Positions 10,791 through 23,573 of a stretch of DNA of 64,000 nucleotides are shown one piece after another. The stretch comes from Octopus bimaculoides (lineage: Eukaryota). Where the stretch lies: NCBI RefSeq assembly GCF_001194135.2, contig NC_068988.1, forward strand, positions 38,169,450 through 38,233,449, given 5' to 3'. The position numbers and the translations under genes are program-made. Below the pieces are notes generated by a model that made no database searches, was not told the origin of the DNA, and saw nothing but the letters and a program-made list of their open reading frames with translations. Position 1 is the stretch's first letter, and each line of letters starts with the position of its first letter.

Positions 10791-11040
10791 TTATAGCTAA
10801 CCCCCACACATTTTCCATTTAACTTATCTTTACACATTTTCTATATAACCTTCTACCACACATATTTTCCACATAACTTACCTCTACATGCATTTTCCAC
10901 ATAATCTTCCCCGACACATTTTCTGTATAACCTTCTGCAGCACACATTTTCCACATAACTTACCTCTATATACGTTTTCTATATAATCTTCCCCTACTTC
11001 ACACAATTTCTATATAACCTCCTCCACATACATTTTCTGC
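10777..11040. repeat. degenerate ~27-bp minisatellite (ACATTTTCCACATAACTTACCTCT-like)
   Basis: About 9-10 diverged units; similar units at ~9925-9990 on the other side of the RTE remnant. Confidence 0.75.
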
Positions 11041-11499
11041 TATGTGCCAACGTAAAGAACCATTATTATTATTATTATTATTATTTTTTATGTATACATA
11101 TACATAAGTTCTTTCAAAAGCACAGAGAAAAAGAAAATCCTTTGCTTACATAGACATGTATCAAATGATATAATGCACTTATGCATGAATGCTATGTAAG
11201 TGCTGGCATATCATTTTTTAGCAGATTCATTGAAAAAAAATCATGGAAATTGTTGGTTGTCATAAAGATGTAGTCAATAGATGCAGAACAAACTCTTAGA
11301 CAATCAATCAATATAGGTTGCTTGTATCAAACTCGTTGAATCAATAATCAATAAGCATTTTCCATTTTTTTTTGTTAGTTCTACTCATTTTTTTTCTATT
11401 TTTTTCTCCTGTTTCTTTGGGAAGTTCTAGTTGTTTGTATAAACATCAAGTCTTTAGCCATTTATTATTATCATTGTTGTGTTTAATAATATTGTTGCC

Positions 11500-11599
11500 A
11501 ATGCTGCTGCCAATGCAGCTCCTGCTGCTCCTGCTGTTGTGCCTCCTCCTCCTCCTCCTCCTACTACTACTACTACTGTTGTTGCTGCTGCTGCTGCTG

Positions 11600-11638
<39 letters not shown>

Positions 11639-11665
11639 TTTGTTGAAGTTATTGCAGTTCTTCTT
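11500..11665. repeat. compound trinucleotide microsatellite (CTG/CCT/CTA/TTG)
   Basis: Directly visible; source of the poly-Leu ORF 11372-11791. Confidence 0.95.
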
Positions 11666-11759
11666 CTTCTCCCTTCTTTCTCCTCAGCCCTTCAACCTCT
11701 TCCTCTTTCCCTCCCTCTCCTTTTCCACCTTCATCCCCTTCTTCGTCTCCCCCCCCACT

Positions 11760-11990
11760 CAGGCACATGCATCACAACCATATCTGCATGACATGAGGAT
11801 CTCATATCAAGATAAGCAGTGCATGACCTTGCAGGTGGGGCCCAGTTAGAATTTTCTTCAGCTTAAGTAGCCCATCCCACTCAAAAGGTCCCTGAATAAG
11901 GGTTGTTTAAGGATGATGAATGAAACACTCATGTTTCCAGGAGTTAATTATTCAAACCCCAAAGAATTCCTCTCAACACATGGCTGTGAT
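11760..11990. repeat. unclassified interspersed repeat
   Basis: Aligns to the longer copy at ~22115-22640 (shared TTGCAGGTGGGGCCCAGTTAGAATTTTCTTCAG). Confidence 0.7.
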
Positions 11991-13373
11991 GGTCAGTGGT
12001 ATTTCATCTGTCTTCATACTCTGAGTTCAAAATCCGCCGAGGTCATCTTTGCCTTTCATCCTTTTGTGGTTTGATAAATTAAGTACCAATTAAACACTAG
12101 GGTTGATCTTGTCCCCCACCAACAAATTTCAGACCTTGTACCTATAGTAGAAAAGATTATTATTATTATTATTACTTTTTTTTTACTTTTAATCTGTATG
12201 TTTGTTACAGTCACCAGCTGAGAGACACCTAGTGTCCTGGGGCGAGTGAAGGATAAGAGATGTTACAATATGACTGAAAGCTTATAAAATTCAGCAGGCA
12301 AAACTTGATCCTATTTTCTACCAAATTGTAGCAATGGAACTCGATTTCTTGTGAGAAATCAGCTTAGAGGAAGAATTCAAATAATTTAGAAAAAATTTTT
12401 TAAATGTTGCATATCACCAGACAAACATATATAATATATAAGCACATAAATAGATAAACACTGAATAATTTATCACTTGGATTTTCTGGATTTTCAATTA
12501 CACAGATATTTCATGTTAAACTACTTTGTAATTGATTGCTATGTGAACTGATAGCCAAATCTGTAGGAGGAGCTGAGTGTGATAGCCACACAATACTTTA
12601 AATTCATATTTTATAAACAACTCCTTTATATGCACACACACATAGAAAGGGCACCCAGGCATAGAAACCATGCCAAAACAGACACCGAGTTTGGACAGCT
12701 CATTGGCAGGCTAGCTCCTGTCAAACTGTCTGACCCATGTCAGCATGGAAAATAGACATCAAATGATGATGATGATTATCATCATCACACACACATACAT
12801 GCATGTACATGCACACATGCAAGTGCATGCATGCACACGTGCACACACACACACACAAGGCAGATATAACACATCATCATCATCATCATCATCATCGTCG
12901 TCGTTTAACATCCGCTTTCCATGCTAGCATGGGTTGGACGATTTGACTGAGGACTGGTGAAACTAGATGGCTACACCAGCCTCCAATCTGATTTGACAGA
13001 GTTTCTACAGCTGGATGCCCTTCTTAACGCCAACCACTCAGAGAGTGTAGAGGGTGCTTTTACGTGCCACCGGCACGAAGGCCAGTCAGGCGGTACTGGC
13101 AATGGCCACGCTCAAAATGGTGTATTTTATGTGCCACCCACACAAGAGCCAGTCCAGGGACACTGGCAACGATCTCGCTCGAAAGTCCTTACACATGCCG
13201 CGGGCAAAAGTGCCAGAAAGGCGACGCTGGGCACAGGTGCCATCAAGATTTCGCTTTTGCTTGCCCCAGTAAGTCTTCACAAGCTGAGTTTCGTGTCCAA
13301 TGAAGGAGACGATGTTGGCATGGGTGCCAGTCGTCGAATTTAACTCGATTTCGATTTCACTTGCCTCAACAGG

Positions 13374-13410
<37 letters not shown>

Positions 13411-13715
13411 ATATATATATATATATAAGTAGATAGATAGATAGATAGATATATCGATGGATAGATGGATAAATATAGATTTATCTGAGTTTGTATAATT
13501 GTGTATAGAGTTCCACAGTTGACAATTGTGGAACACAACTGTCACTACATAAACCTGATGATTGCATAATGCATGAAAGTACTAGCTTATTCCAATATTG
13601 TAAAATTGTAAAAATTGCAAATGATAAAAACTGAAAACCAGACTTAGTGGAAATTTCTTTGATTTATATATATACAATATATATATATATACAATATATA
13701 TATATATATATATAT

Positions 13716-13716
<1 letters not shown>

Positions 13717-13751
<35 letters not shown>

Positions 13752-14500
13752 GTTTAACGTCCGCCTTCCATGCTAGCATGAGTTGGACGATTTGACTGAG
13801 GACTGGCGAACCAGATGGCTACACCAGGCTCCAATCTGATTTGGCAGAGTTTCTACAGCTGGATGCCCTTCCTAACGCCAACCACTCTGAGAGTGTAGTG
13901 GGTTCTTTTACGTGCCATCAGCATGAGGGCCAGTCAGGCGGTACTGGCAACAGCCATGCTCAAAATGGTGTATTTTACGTGCCACCTGCACAGGAGCCAG
14001 TTCAGTGGCACTGGCAACAACCTCGCTCGAATGTTTTTTCATGTGCCACCGGCACAAGTGCCAGTAAGGCAACGCTGGTAACGACCACTCTCAAATGGTA
14101 CTATTTACGTGCCACTGGCACGGAAGTCAGACAGCTGCTCTGGCAATGATCACGCTTGGACGGTGCTCTTAGTGTTCCACTGGTACAGGTGCCATCACGA
14201 TTTCGATTTCACTTGCTCCCAACAGCCGAGTTTAGTGTCCAATCATTGAATTTGGTTTGATTTCGATTTCGATTTCACTTACTTCAACAGGTCTTCGTAA
14301 GTGGAGTTTAGTGTCCAATGAAGGAAAAGCACGCATAAGTGGGCTGGCTACACCCCTAGCAGAGGCCTCGGATTATGGTCTCACTTGGCTTGCTGGATCT
14401 TCTCATGCACAGCATATTTCCAAAGGTCTCGGTCACAAGTCATTGCCTCAGTGAGGCCTAATGTTTGAAGGTCATGCTTCACCACCTCATCCCAGGTCGT
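13717..14500 (-). mobile_element. RTE LINE 3' end: ORF2 C-terminus, full 3' UTR and (GAT)n tail
   Basis: Minus strand TWDEVV.HDLQTLGLTEAMTCDRDLWKYAVHEKIQQAK*, then modular UTR and tail. Confidence 0.88.
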
Positions 14501-14777
14501 ATATTTAAACACATAAGAGGTATCCATCATAGGATTCCTTGCACGCTAGAAGGAACAGCTAAAATCCCAACCACTATTAGGTATAAATTTCGAAGGGAAT
14601 GAAAAATAAAAACATTTACCATCTATCTCCTGGACCATGATTTCAGGAGATAGATGGTAAATGTTTTTATTTTTCATTTCCTTCAAAATGTATCCCTAAT
14701 AGTGGTTTGGATTTTAGCTGCTCTTTCTAGCGTTCAAGGAACCCTTTGATGGATACCTCTTATGTGTTTAAATGTAC
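14499..14777. mobile_element. foldback MITE, ~134-bp arms and ~11-nt loop, probable TA TSD
   Basis: ...CATTTACCATCTATCTCCTG-gaccatgattt-CAGGAGATAGATGGTAAATG... with pairing continuing to GTATATTTAAACACATAAGAGG / CCTCTTATGTGTTTAAATGTAC. Confidence 0.85.
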
Positions 14778-14897
14778 ACTGTATTTATATGAATAATATA
14801 TAGTCTATTGACTAAATTTTTTTACACGCTAGGCCACTGGTAATAGAATTTCTAATATTTTTTATTACCCTGATATTATTATTCATTATTATTAATT

Positions 14898-14954
<57 letters not shown>

Positions 14955-15324
14955 CACACACACACACACATACATATATATACAGTATATATATATATAT
15001 ATATCATCATCATCATCATCAATATCGTTTAACGTCCGTTTTCCATGGTAGCATGGGTTGGACAGTTCGACTGGGGTCTGGGAAGCCAGGAGGCTGCACG
15101 AGGCTCCAGTCTGATCTGGCAGTGTTTCTACAGCCAGATGCCCTTCCTAATGTCAACCACCCCATGAATGTAGTGGGTGCCTTTTACATGCCACCGGCAC
15201 AGGGGCCAGAGGAGGCTGGTGACGGTATATATATATATACACACCAGCATTTGCATGTGTATGTGCGTGCATATCTATCTATCTATCTCTATATCAATCA
15301 GTTTGCCTATCTATCTGTCTGTCA

Positions 15325-15386
<62 letters not shown>

Positions 15387-15519
15387 GTATATATATATAT
15401 ATAAACGTCTGGATAGAATAGAGACAGCTGATGAAGGGATATTCCAAGGGGCTTTCCGTTTTCCTATGTGTTCGTTCCGTTGTCTGTAGTTTATTGTTCT
15501 AACGTCCTGTACCCTGATA

Positions 15520-15691
15520 TGCATGTATATACACATGTAGATGTAAGTATGTACATATATGTGTGTATACATGTATATATATTCTTTGTATTATATATAT
15601 ATGTATATATATATATATAAATATACACACACATACTTGCATACATACCTAAATGCAAACTTGTGCACATATGTATATTAAATGTGAAAAC

Positions 15692-15726
<35 letters not shown>

Positions 15727-16348
15727 CCATTCATACTTATACACATAAAGCCACCAGTACGTAAACATTTCAAGGGTCTATCATGGGCTGGCAGAGAACC
15801 GGAAAAAAAAAAAAATTCATAGAGAAATCCAATTAGTCTGCTATTTACACAAGCGTACTACTGATAAGTTCAATCAAAACATAATGATTAAGAGGTTCAA
15901 ACAGCAACAAACACTACAATAACTAACAAAAACAAAAGCAAAAACAACCCGAAAAGAAAGGCAAAAAAATAGAAAGAAATGTAAATAAATATATATAGCA
16001 AAGATTGCAATCTGGCGCTTTCGGAAAAATTGTCCAGGTAAATAGAGCAAAAATAGTTGGTGAATCATGTGATTCCCTATTTGGTAAAATGCCATATTCT
16101 CAAGTAGTGTTAACGTTGATTTTGTTGGTGCTGAGATCATTAAAACTAACTCAACATCTAATGTAATGAATATATTAATATATACACACACACACACATA
16201 TATACACTTATATATATATATTAATATACATACATATATATAGAGACACACACATATATATATATATATATGCATGCATATATATACACATATATATGTA
16301 TATATGCATGCATTCATATGTACATACATACCTACATACGTATATACA

Positions 16349-16386
<38 letters not shown>

Positions 16387-16956
16387 CATGCATATATGTT
16401 TATATATACATACATACATACACACATATATATATATATATGTATGTAAGTATATATGTATGTATGTATTTATGTATTTCTATAAATATGCATAATGTCC
16501 AAGTGGTCATGTATATACATACATATATAGACATATATATATAATGTATGACTATAAAATACATATGTGTGTGTATGTGTGTGTATTGCTAACGATATGT
16601 ATAATGTACAAGTGGTCATTTACATATGTATGTATGTATGCATGTATGTACGTACGTATGTATGTNNNNNNNNNNTGTATGTATGTATATATGTATGTGA
16701 GTATCATTATGATTATGTACAATGTACAAGTGGTCATGTACATATATATTTATATATGTATGCATGTATATGTATATGTCTGTGTATATGTTTATGTATA
16801 TATATGTGTGTGTGTGTGTGTATGTTTATGTATATATATGTGTGTGTGTGTATGAATACTAATAAAATGTGAAGTGGTCTCAGACACACACACATACATA
16901 ACCATGTATATGGTTGTATGCATGCATGTATGTATGTATGTATGTATGCATGCATG

Positions 16957-16990
<34 letters not shown>

Positions 16991-17260
16991 TGTCTATATA
17001 TATATGTATATAAATATACATATACATATATACATCCATATATATATACAACATACATTTTATATATACACACAGACATGAGTGTGTGTATATCTGTCTA
17101 CCAAAATGTAGACCCACTAAAGCACACATTTATAAATACTTATATAAGACCGCTTTACCCCCCACACACATACGCACACGCGCACACACACGCGCACACA
17201 CACACACACACACACAAGTTAATATCTATTTCTGCAATGTATGCATATATTTGAAGACAT
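15520..17260. repeat. large compound (TA)/(TG)/(CA)/(TATG) microsatellite field
   Basis: Directly visible. Similar fields at ~23710-24230, 49900-50270, 52190-52380 and 60630-61010. Confidence 0.95.
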
Positions 17261-17670
17261 GAATGTTATATGCAGATAGATTCATACTGTTTTGCATAAA
17301 GTCGTAGTTGTGCTTCTGTGTGTGTATTTCTATATATGTATGTGCACATGTGTGTGTGGTCGTCATCATAGTTATTGGTTCTTATACCAGTTATTTTTCC
17401 ATGCTACCATGTGCTAGACAAAATTTGTAGAGGTAGTATTGTAAAGCAGGATGCTCTTGCTCTTATGTTTGGTCTTTCACATGATAAACTACTGAATGAC
17501 TAGGAATGTCTTTATGTTCAGTTTAAACATTTACTTTACTGTGTTACTTGGTGATGAAAGTTCATATTGAACCTGTAAACAATGGCAGGAGCCAAAGGGA
17601 AGAATACAGGCATACACACATACAAGTATACACACACTTACACAAAATTACATATACCTATGCACACATA

Positions 17671-17930
17671 AGAGGGGTTGCTGAAAAGTTCCTGGAAAAA
17701 CAAATTAATAGAGAATAATGGAAATATAATAATGAGTAATACATTAATATATACTACTTCCATTATATATTTCCATGGTATCATAAAAAGCCTGACTGGA
17801 GGCCCAACCTTCCAAGTTCTTTTATAGGGCTTAGCAAAACTGAAGGACTGCTGCAATAAGTGTGAATATGTGGGGAATATGTTGATTAATATCATAATTA
17901 ACTGATCCTTGTGTATTTTCAGCACCCCTT
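17671..17930 (+). mobile_element. mariner-derived MITE
   Basis: TA|AGAGGGGTTGCTGAAAAGTTCCTGG ... TTTTCAGCACCCCT, retaining the transposase C-terminal tip. Copies at 59335-59803 (split by a SINE) and ~51676-51825 (-). Confidence 0.8.
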
Positions 17931-18004
<74 letters not shown>

Positions 18005-18540
18005 ATGGGTTTCCATACAATTTCCATTTCTCAGTTTTACTGAACTTCCTTCCTCCCTGTGAACTTAGAATGTAAAGAGCCAGAAAAAATACCGCTAAGC
18101 ATTTTGTCCACTGTGCTAATGATTCTGCCAGCTTGCTTTAATATATATATATGGGTGTGTGTTTGTGTTTTATTTTTCTTGACATTGTGTGATAGTTGTA
18201 AACAAGTGTCACTGTAATAGAAGCAGTGTTGTACATTTCCAATCTTCTGTGAAATCACAACTAAGCATAACAAAATATTACTTTGCTTGGAAACAGGCAA
18301 GGGTTGGTAAATATACACACATGCACATGACTCTGTGTGTATATATATATATATATAATAAGGGTAAAAAATTGATATTAATTTGATTAATATCAATTTA
18401 AACCAGTCGCTTAGCATATAGAAAAAAACCTGAAGATTCATAAAAATTATATTACATACATATAAGAGGGTTGACCACTAGCTAGGTCTACATTTAACAT
18501 ATTGGATGTCCACCTAGTGGTCATCCTTTTTATATACCCG

Positions 18541-18856
18541 TCAGAGTGTAAGTATCTTGAGAGAAAAGCTGAACATTAGAAGCATCAGTTGTGGCGTGCA
18601 AGAGAGACGATTGCGCTGGTATGGACATGTGGTGAGAATGGAGGAGGATAGCTGCGTGAAAAAGTGCCACACCCTAACAGTTGAGGGAACCCGTGGAAGA
18701 GGTAGGCCCAGGAAGACCTGGGCTGAGGTGGTGAGGCAAGACCTTCGTACATTGGGCCTCACCGAGGCGATGACTACGGACCGAGACCTTTGGAAATGGG
18801 CTGTGCGTGAGAAGACCCGGCAAGCCAAGTAAGATCGTTGCCAGTGCCCCTGGACT
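18541..18856 (+). pseudogene. RTE LINE ORF2 C-terminus (5'-truncated, relatively young)
   Basis: LREKLNIRSISCGVQERRLRWYGHVVRMEEDSCVKKC...GRGRPRKTWAEVVRQDL...AVREKTRQAK*; open for ~95 codons, followed by a gap. Confidence 0.92.
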
Positions 18857-19773
18857 NNNNNNNNNNNNNNNNNNNNNNNNNNNNNNNNNNNNNNNNNNNN
18901 NNNNNNNNNNNNNNNNNNNNNNNNNNNNNNNNNNNNNNNNNNNNNNNNNNNNNNNNNNNNNNNNNNNNNNNNNNNNNNNNNNNNNNNNNNNNNNNNNNNN
19001 NNNNNNNNNNNNNNNNNNNNNNNNNNNNNNNNNNNNNNNNNNNNNNNNNNNNNNNNNNNNNNNNNNNNNNNNNNNNNNNNNNNNNNNNNNNNNNNNNNNN
19101 NNNNNNNNNNNNNNNNNNNNNNNNNNNNNNNNNNNNNNNNNNNNNNNNNNNNNNNNNNNNNNNNNNNNNNNNNNNNNNNNNNNNNNNNNNNNNNNNNNNN
19201 NNNNNNNNNNNNNNNNNNNNNNNNNNNNNNNNNNNNNNNNNNNNNNNNNNNNNNNNNNNNNNNNNNNNNNNNNNNNNNNNNNNNNNNNNNNNNNNNNNNN
19301 NNNNNNNNNNNNNNNNNNNNNNNNNNNNNNNNNNNNNNNNNNNNNNNNNNNNNNNNNNNNNNNNNNNNNNNNNNNNNNNNNNNNNNNNNNNNNNNNNNNN
19401 NNNNNNNNNNNNNNNNNNNNNNNNNNNNNNNNNNNNNNNNNNNNNNNNNNNNNNNNNNNNNNNNNNNNNNNNNNNNNNNNNNNNNNNNNNNNNNNNNNNN
19501 NNNNNNNNNNNNNNNNNNNNNNNNNNNNNNNNNNNNNNNNNNNNNNNNNNNNNNNNNNNNNNNNNNNNNNNNNNNNNNTGTGTGTGTGTATACGGTCTAC
19601 TGCTTGTGTTTGTTCATTGGCTTGCATTCCCTTGATTAGGAGTTGTTTTCCTAGCCATTTCATTTATTGTTTAGATTATTTTTTGTGTTGTGGTGTTTGT
19701 ATTTCTTATTATTGTAGGTGAGAGGGTGTGTTAGTAATTTGCATTGAATTTGTGGGTGAAAGGTATGTTTGCA

Positions 19774-19816
<43 letters not shown>

Positions 19817-19879
19817 GTGTGCGTGCGTGTGCGTGCATGCGTGCGCATGTGTGTGTGATGTGGTAAATGTTGTTCCTAA

Positions 19880-20700
19880 AAAAGCTTGTTTATATAAGAA
19901 GTTAGCTGCAAATTTAAGAACATATTTATTGTGAGTAGCTATAGCCTCAGTGAAGAGTGCTTTCACAGCTGAGTGATTCTGAGGGATTATTTTTTGGGTA
20001 AAAACCATGTTTTATATGCTTTTTGGCGATGAAATTATGCTTATGTTTGCAGCAGTACTTTTTTCTTCGAGAAGTATTTGAATAGGGGTGTTGTCTTATG
20101 TTTATATATAGTCTGCAAAGTATATTCATGTTGTGTATATCTGTCTTTGAAGGTTCCACTAGTGACACCAATGTGGTTTCTTTTTGTTTGTCCTTCTTGT
20201 GAAACTGTTGCGTTATATACTGTGTTTCTTTTGTAAAATATTTTTGTGTGTAATGGGCACATCATAGTTCTTATGAAGTTGCATAGATATTTGGTTGTAT
20301 GTTGTGTGCCTATGGTGTGTTATTGTTTAGTAATTGCATGATGTGTTTTATGCTTTTGCTTTTTGTGCAGCTGTAGCTGACTTTTGTATAGCTTCTGATG
20401 AATAATTTACAGTATCTGCATTTGCTGATTAGTGTTAGGAAGGACTATGCTACATTGGCTGCTATATTCAGGCTGCATAGTGGGTTAAACCAGATGATGT
20501 GTTTTTTCCTGGGTTTCTCTGGTTTGGTATATGTTCATAGTATTGTTGTTCATAGCATTGTTGCAGCTCCTCAAAAAATCCATTTGATTTTAAGGTCCAA
20601 AATTTCTTTACTAGACAAAACTTACAAAATTTTATTGCTGATATTGCTAATGAAGTTTTTGATTATAGCTGTAGGTGGTTTGAATTTATATTAATGTATT
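19880..20700 (-). pseudogene. Penelope-like element remnant A: RT thumb, linker and GIY-YIG endonuclease
   Basis: Across frameshifts: SNHP.AIIKNFISNIS, RKKHIIWFNPLCSLNIAANVA, KVSYSC, CPL...NTVYNATV....K..HIGVTSGTFKDRYTQH, HNKYVLKF. Confidence 0.75.
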
Positions 20701-20787
20701 ACTCATTATTATATTTCTATGGGGCTAGGGTGTGAGTATATATATGTGTGTATGTGTGTGTGTGTATGTCTGTGTCTGTGTGTGTGT

Positions 20788-21073
20788 GAAGGCATGTGAC
20801 CTAGTGGGAAGGCTGTTGCACACATGATCTCTAGATTGTGGGTTCGATTCCCTGACTGGGCTGCACACTGTGTTCTTGAGCAAAACACTTTATTTCCTGT
20901 TGCTCTAGTCCCCTTTCTGTCAGTGGTAGTGGTGGTGGTGGTGGGGGGGAATGTTGGCTTGCTCACCTAGCCTGCAGGGTGGTGTCATTTGAAGGCTAAA
21001 ACAATCACAAAAGTGCATTGTGACTAGCAATATGCAACAACATCTGATAGGCTGGTCAGTCATGTGGTCATGT

Positions 21074-21075
<2 letters not shown>
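20788..21075 (+). mobile_element. tRNA-headed SINE with shared central domain, tail type 4
   Basis: GGTTCGATTCCC B-box, TGTGTTCTTGAGCAAAACACTTTATTTC block, distinct tail. Confidence 0.7.
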
Positions 21076-21105
<30 letters not shown>

Positions 21106-21107
<2 letters not shown>

Positions 21108-21213
21108 GAGAATGTACGGAAAAACAACAACAGACGAGGACAGGTGGTGTAAACAACAAAAGGATGTATTAGTATGACGCTCGGGAATACAGAAAGTCTT
21201 TAACGTTTCGAGC
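21106..21213 (-). mobile_element. PLE pseudo-LTR end fragment with half a hammerhead (GCTC-GAAACGTT)
   Basis: Aligns to the distal end of PLE remnant B (51048-51115). Confidence 0.65.
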
Positions 21214-21372
21214 TAAACTTGTATACGCTGATGTATATAAGTATCTATATAGGCATATATATATTGCATATATATATGCTCACGCGTATATATGTATATA
21301 TTTACACACACACACACATGCACACACACGCACGCACACACACACACACACACACAAACACGCACGTGCGCG

Positions 21373-21410
<38 letters not shown>

Positions 21411-22759
21411 AGCACATTATTGGAAAACTAGGTGGGAAAAATAATACCCGAATACCAAAGGTAGAGTAATATTCTTTCATTAAAGTGGCAAAATTATCAC
21501 AAGACTGTTACTCAGAGTTTCACATCTCTGTTCATTGGACAGTTGTGATATATACATATCTGTTCAGTTTAGTTTAGGCAAAAGCCTTGCAATCTGCTCT
21601 TAAAAGCCCTTATGCTTGCAGTCGGCTACAACATGTTAATTCCATCTCCCAGAGTAATTCACTGGTATGGGTATACAATATGGAACTCATTTCAGCTTAG
21701 GATAAATATAATAACAATAATAACATGAGGATGGAAATTCATACAATTTCTTAATGCATCTAAACATATGTTTCTGCACCATACACATTCATTAGGTAAC
21801 AATGTTTCATATCCATATGATATTACTGAAGGTTACTCTTAATAGTTATGTATTTGAATATTTTCTCAGCTCCTTTTCTAGTGTGGGTGCTTCCTTGATT
21901 ACAAGTGCTTCCTCAGACCTTGCATTATTCAAATACATAATTATTAGGAGTAATTTTAAGTAATGTTATATGAATATGAAAAATTGTAATCTAATGATGG
22001 TGTGTGATGTAGAAATGTATGTTGTGGTGCATTAATAAAGCCTACGAACTTCCATCCTCATGTTATTATTGCTATTAGAAATCATTATTATTGTTATTAT
22101 TATTATTGATTCAGAGAGCAGTGCATGCCATCGAAGTGACACTGGGGTAAAATATACAAAGCCCAATATACCCATCATGACTACCAGTCTGATAAGGGTA
22201 CACTAGGCACATGTATCACAACCACATGTGTGCGACATGGTAATCACACATCAAGATAAACAATGCATGGACTTGCAGGTGGGGCCCAGTTAGAATTTTC
22301 TTCAGGTTGAGTAGCCCATCCTACTCAAAAACGTCCGTGAATAAGGGAAGTTTAAGATGTTGAATGAAACACCCATATTTTCAGAGGTGAATTATTCGAA
22401 CCCCTCAAAATTTCTCTCAACATATGGCTACGATGCTCCCCAACTACTTCTGCTCATGATCAGAGATGCACATATTGTCAGCCACTAAGGGACATGCTCA
22501 ACTGGTTAAAGTCAAACAATTGGCAAGCAAATCTGTGGTATTGAGTAGAATATTTGCTGTAGCCCATCTTTTATACCAAGGCAAAACATGTATGTGCAAT
22601 ATAACACTTCCAATCAATTAAGATAAGAAGCCACGAGAAAAGTGTCTGGTACTGCTATTATTATTATTTCTATTATTATTGTTGTTGTTGTTGTTGTTGT
22701 TGTTATTAATATTATTTTGCTGGGTATGATGAAAAGTGTCAGCTGTCCACAGTCAGCAG

Positions 22760-23573
22760 ATAAACTTTGACTCTGCTGTGCATGCACAGTTTTAATGTTC
22801 TAGCTCACTTCTACTGTTTATAGCAGTGCTTGGAAGGAATGTGTGTAATGCATGATCATTGCATTGACTACAACAAAGAAAGTTGAGCAGAGAATCTGCA
22901 TGAAATTTTTCCAAAAGCTTGGCGATACCTGTTCAGAGGCCTATGCAAACTTTCCAAAAATATTTCATCATTCTTGTTACAATCAAGATTTTGTGCAACG
23001 GAAATCCGAGTGTCTTTTTGGTCAGCTGAAAGCAGTTTTGGCACAAACTTGGCAGACATGCATCTCGTACCCAAATCTTCAGTGATAATGGACTAAACTG
23101 AACTGTAATTAATATGCACTTCTTCAGATAACTCACAGATGGTGATTTGACGATTTCCTCTCACAGCTGCACACACATCTGCAATGTTTTTCTCAGTTCT
23201 ACTGGTTGCGGGTCTCCCAGAGTGTTCGTCTCTATCAACATCTTTTTGGCCATCTTGGAAACGTCTGAATCGCTCATACACCTGTGCATAGCTCTTACAC
23301 TCCTCTTCATGCATATTCTGAAAATTTGTGTAGACCTCTGAGCAGGTATTGCTATGACAACTTTCTCTGTCATGGCCAATGTAACGATCACACACTACAC
23401 ATGCTCACGCTCTTTCCAAGCATTGTTGCAAACAGCAAAAGTAAGCTAGAATATTAAAACTTAGTGTGCATGCACAGCAGAGTCCAAGGTCAATCTGTAC
23501 CAAGCAGCTTCACTCTGTGCACTTTAGCATCGTTACTATGGCAACAATCCGGATACTTATTGATCAGACCTCG
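22760..23573. mobile_element. mariner remnant made of two convergent 5' ends
   Basis: Plus 22760-22960 (KVEQRICMKFFQKLGDTCSEAY) faces minus 22960-23573 (TIR ...TTGATCAGACCTCG|TA; VYERFRRFQDG...DEHSGRPATSRTEKNI...SAKFVPKLLS). Confidence 0.8.

Noticed and set aside
12225-12285. Possible small exon (ttacag|TCACCAGCT...GGCGA|gtgaag)
   Set aside because: Weak donor site and no recognisable peptide.
15428-15460. CTGATGA-A-GGGATATTCC
   Set aside because: No GAAA or stem III follows, so it is not a hammerhead in this copy.
16490-16740. Repeat-spacer pattern resembling a CRISPR array
   Set aside because: Eukaryotic context, spacers are microsatellite, and there are no cas genes.
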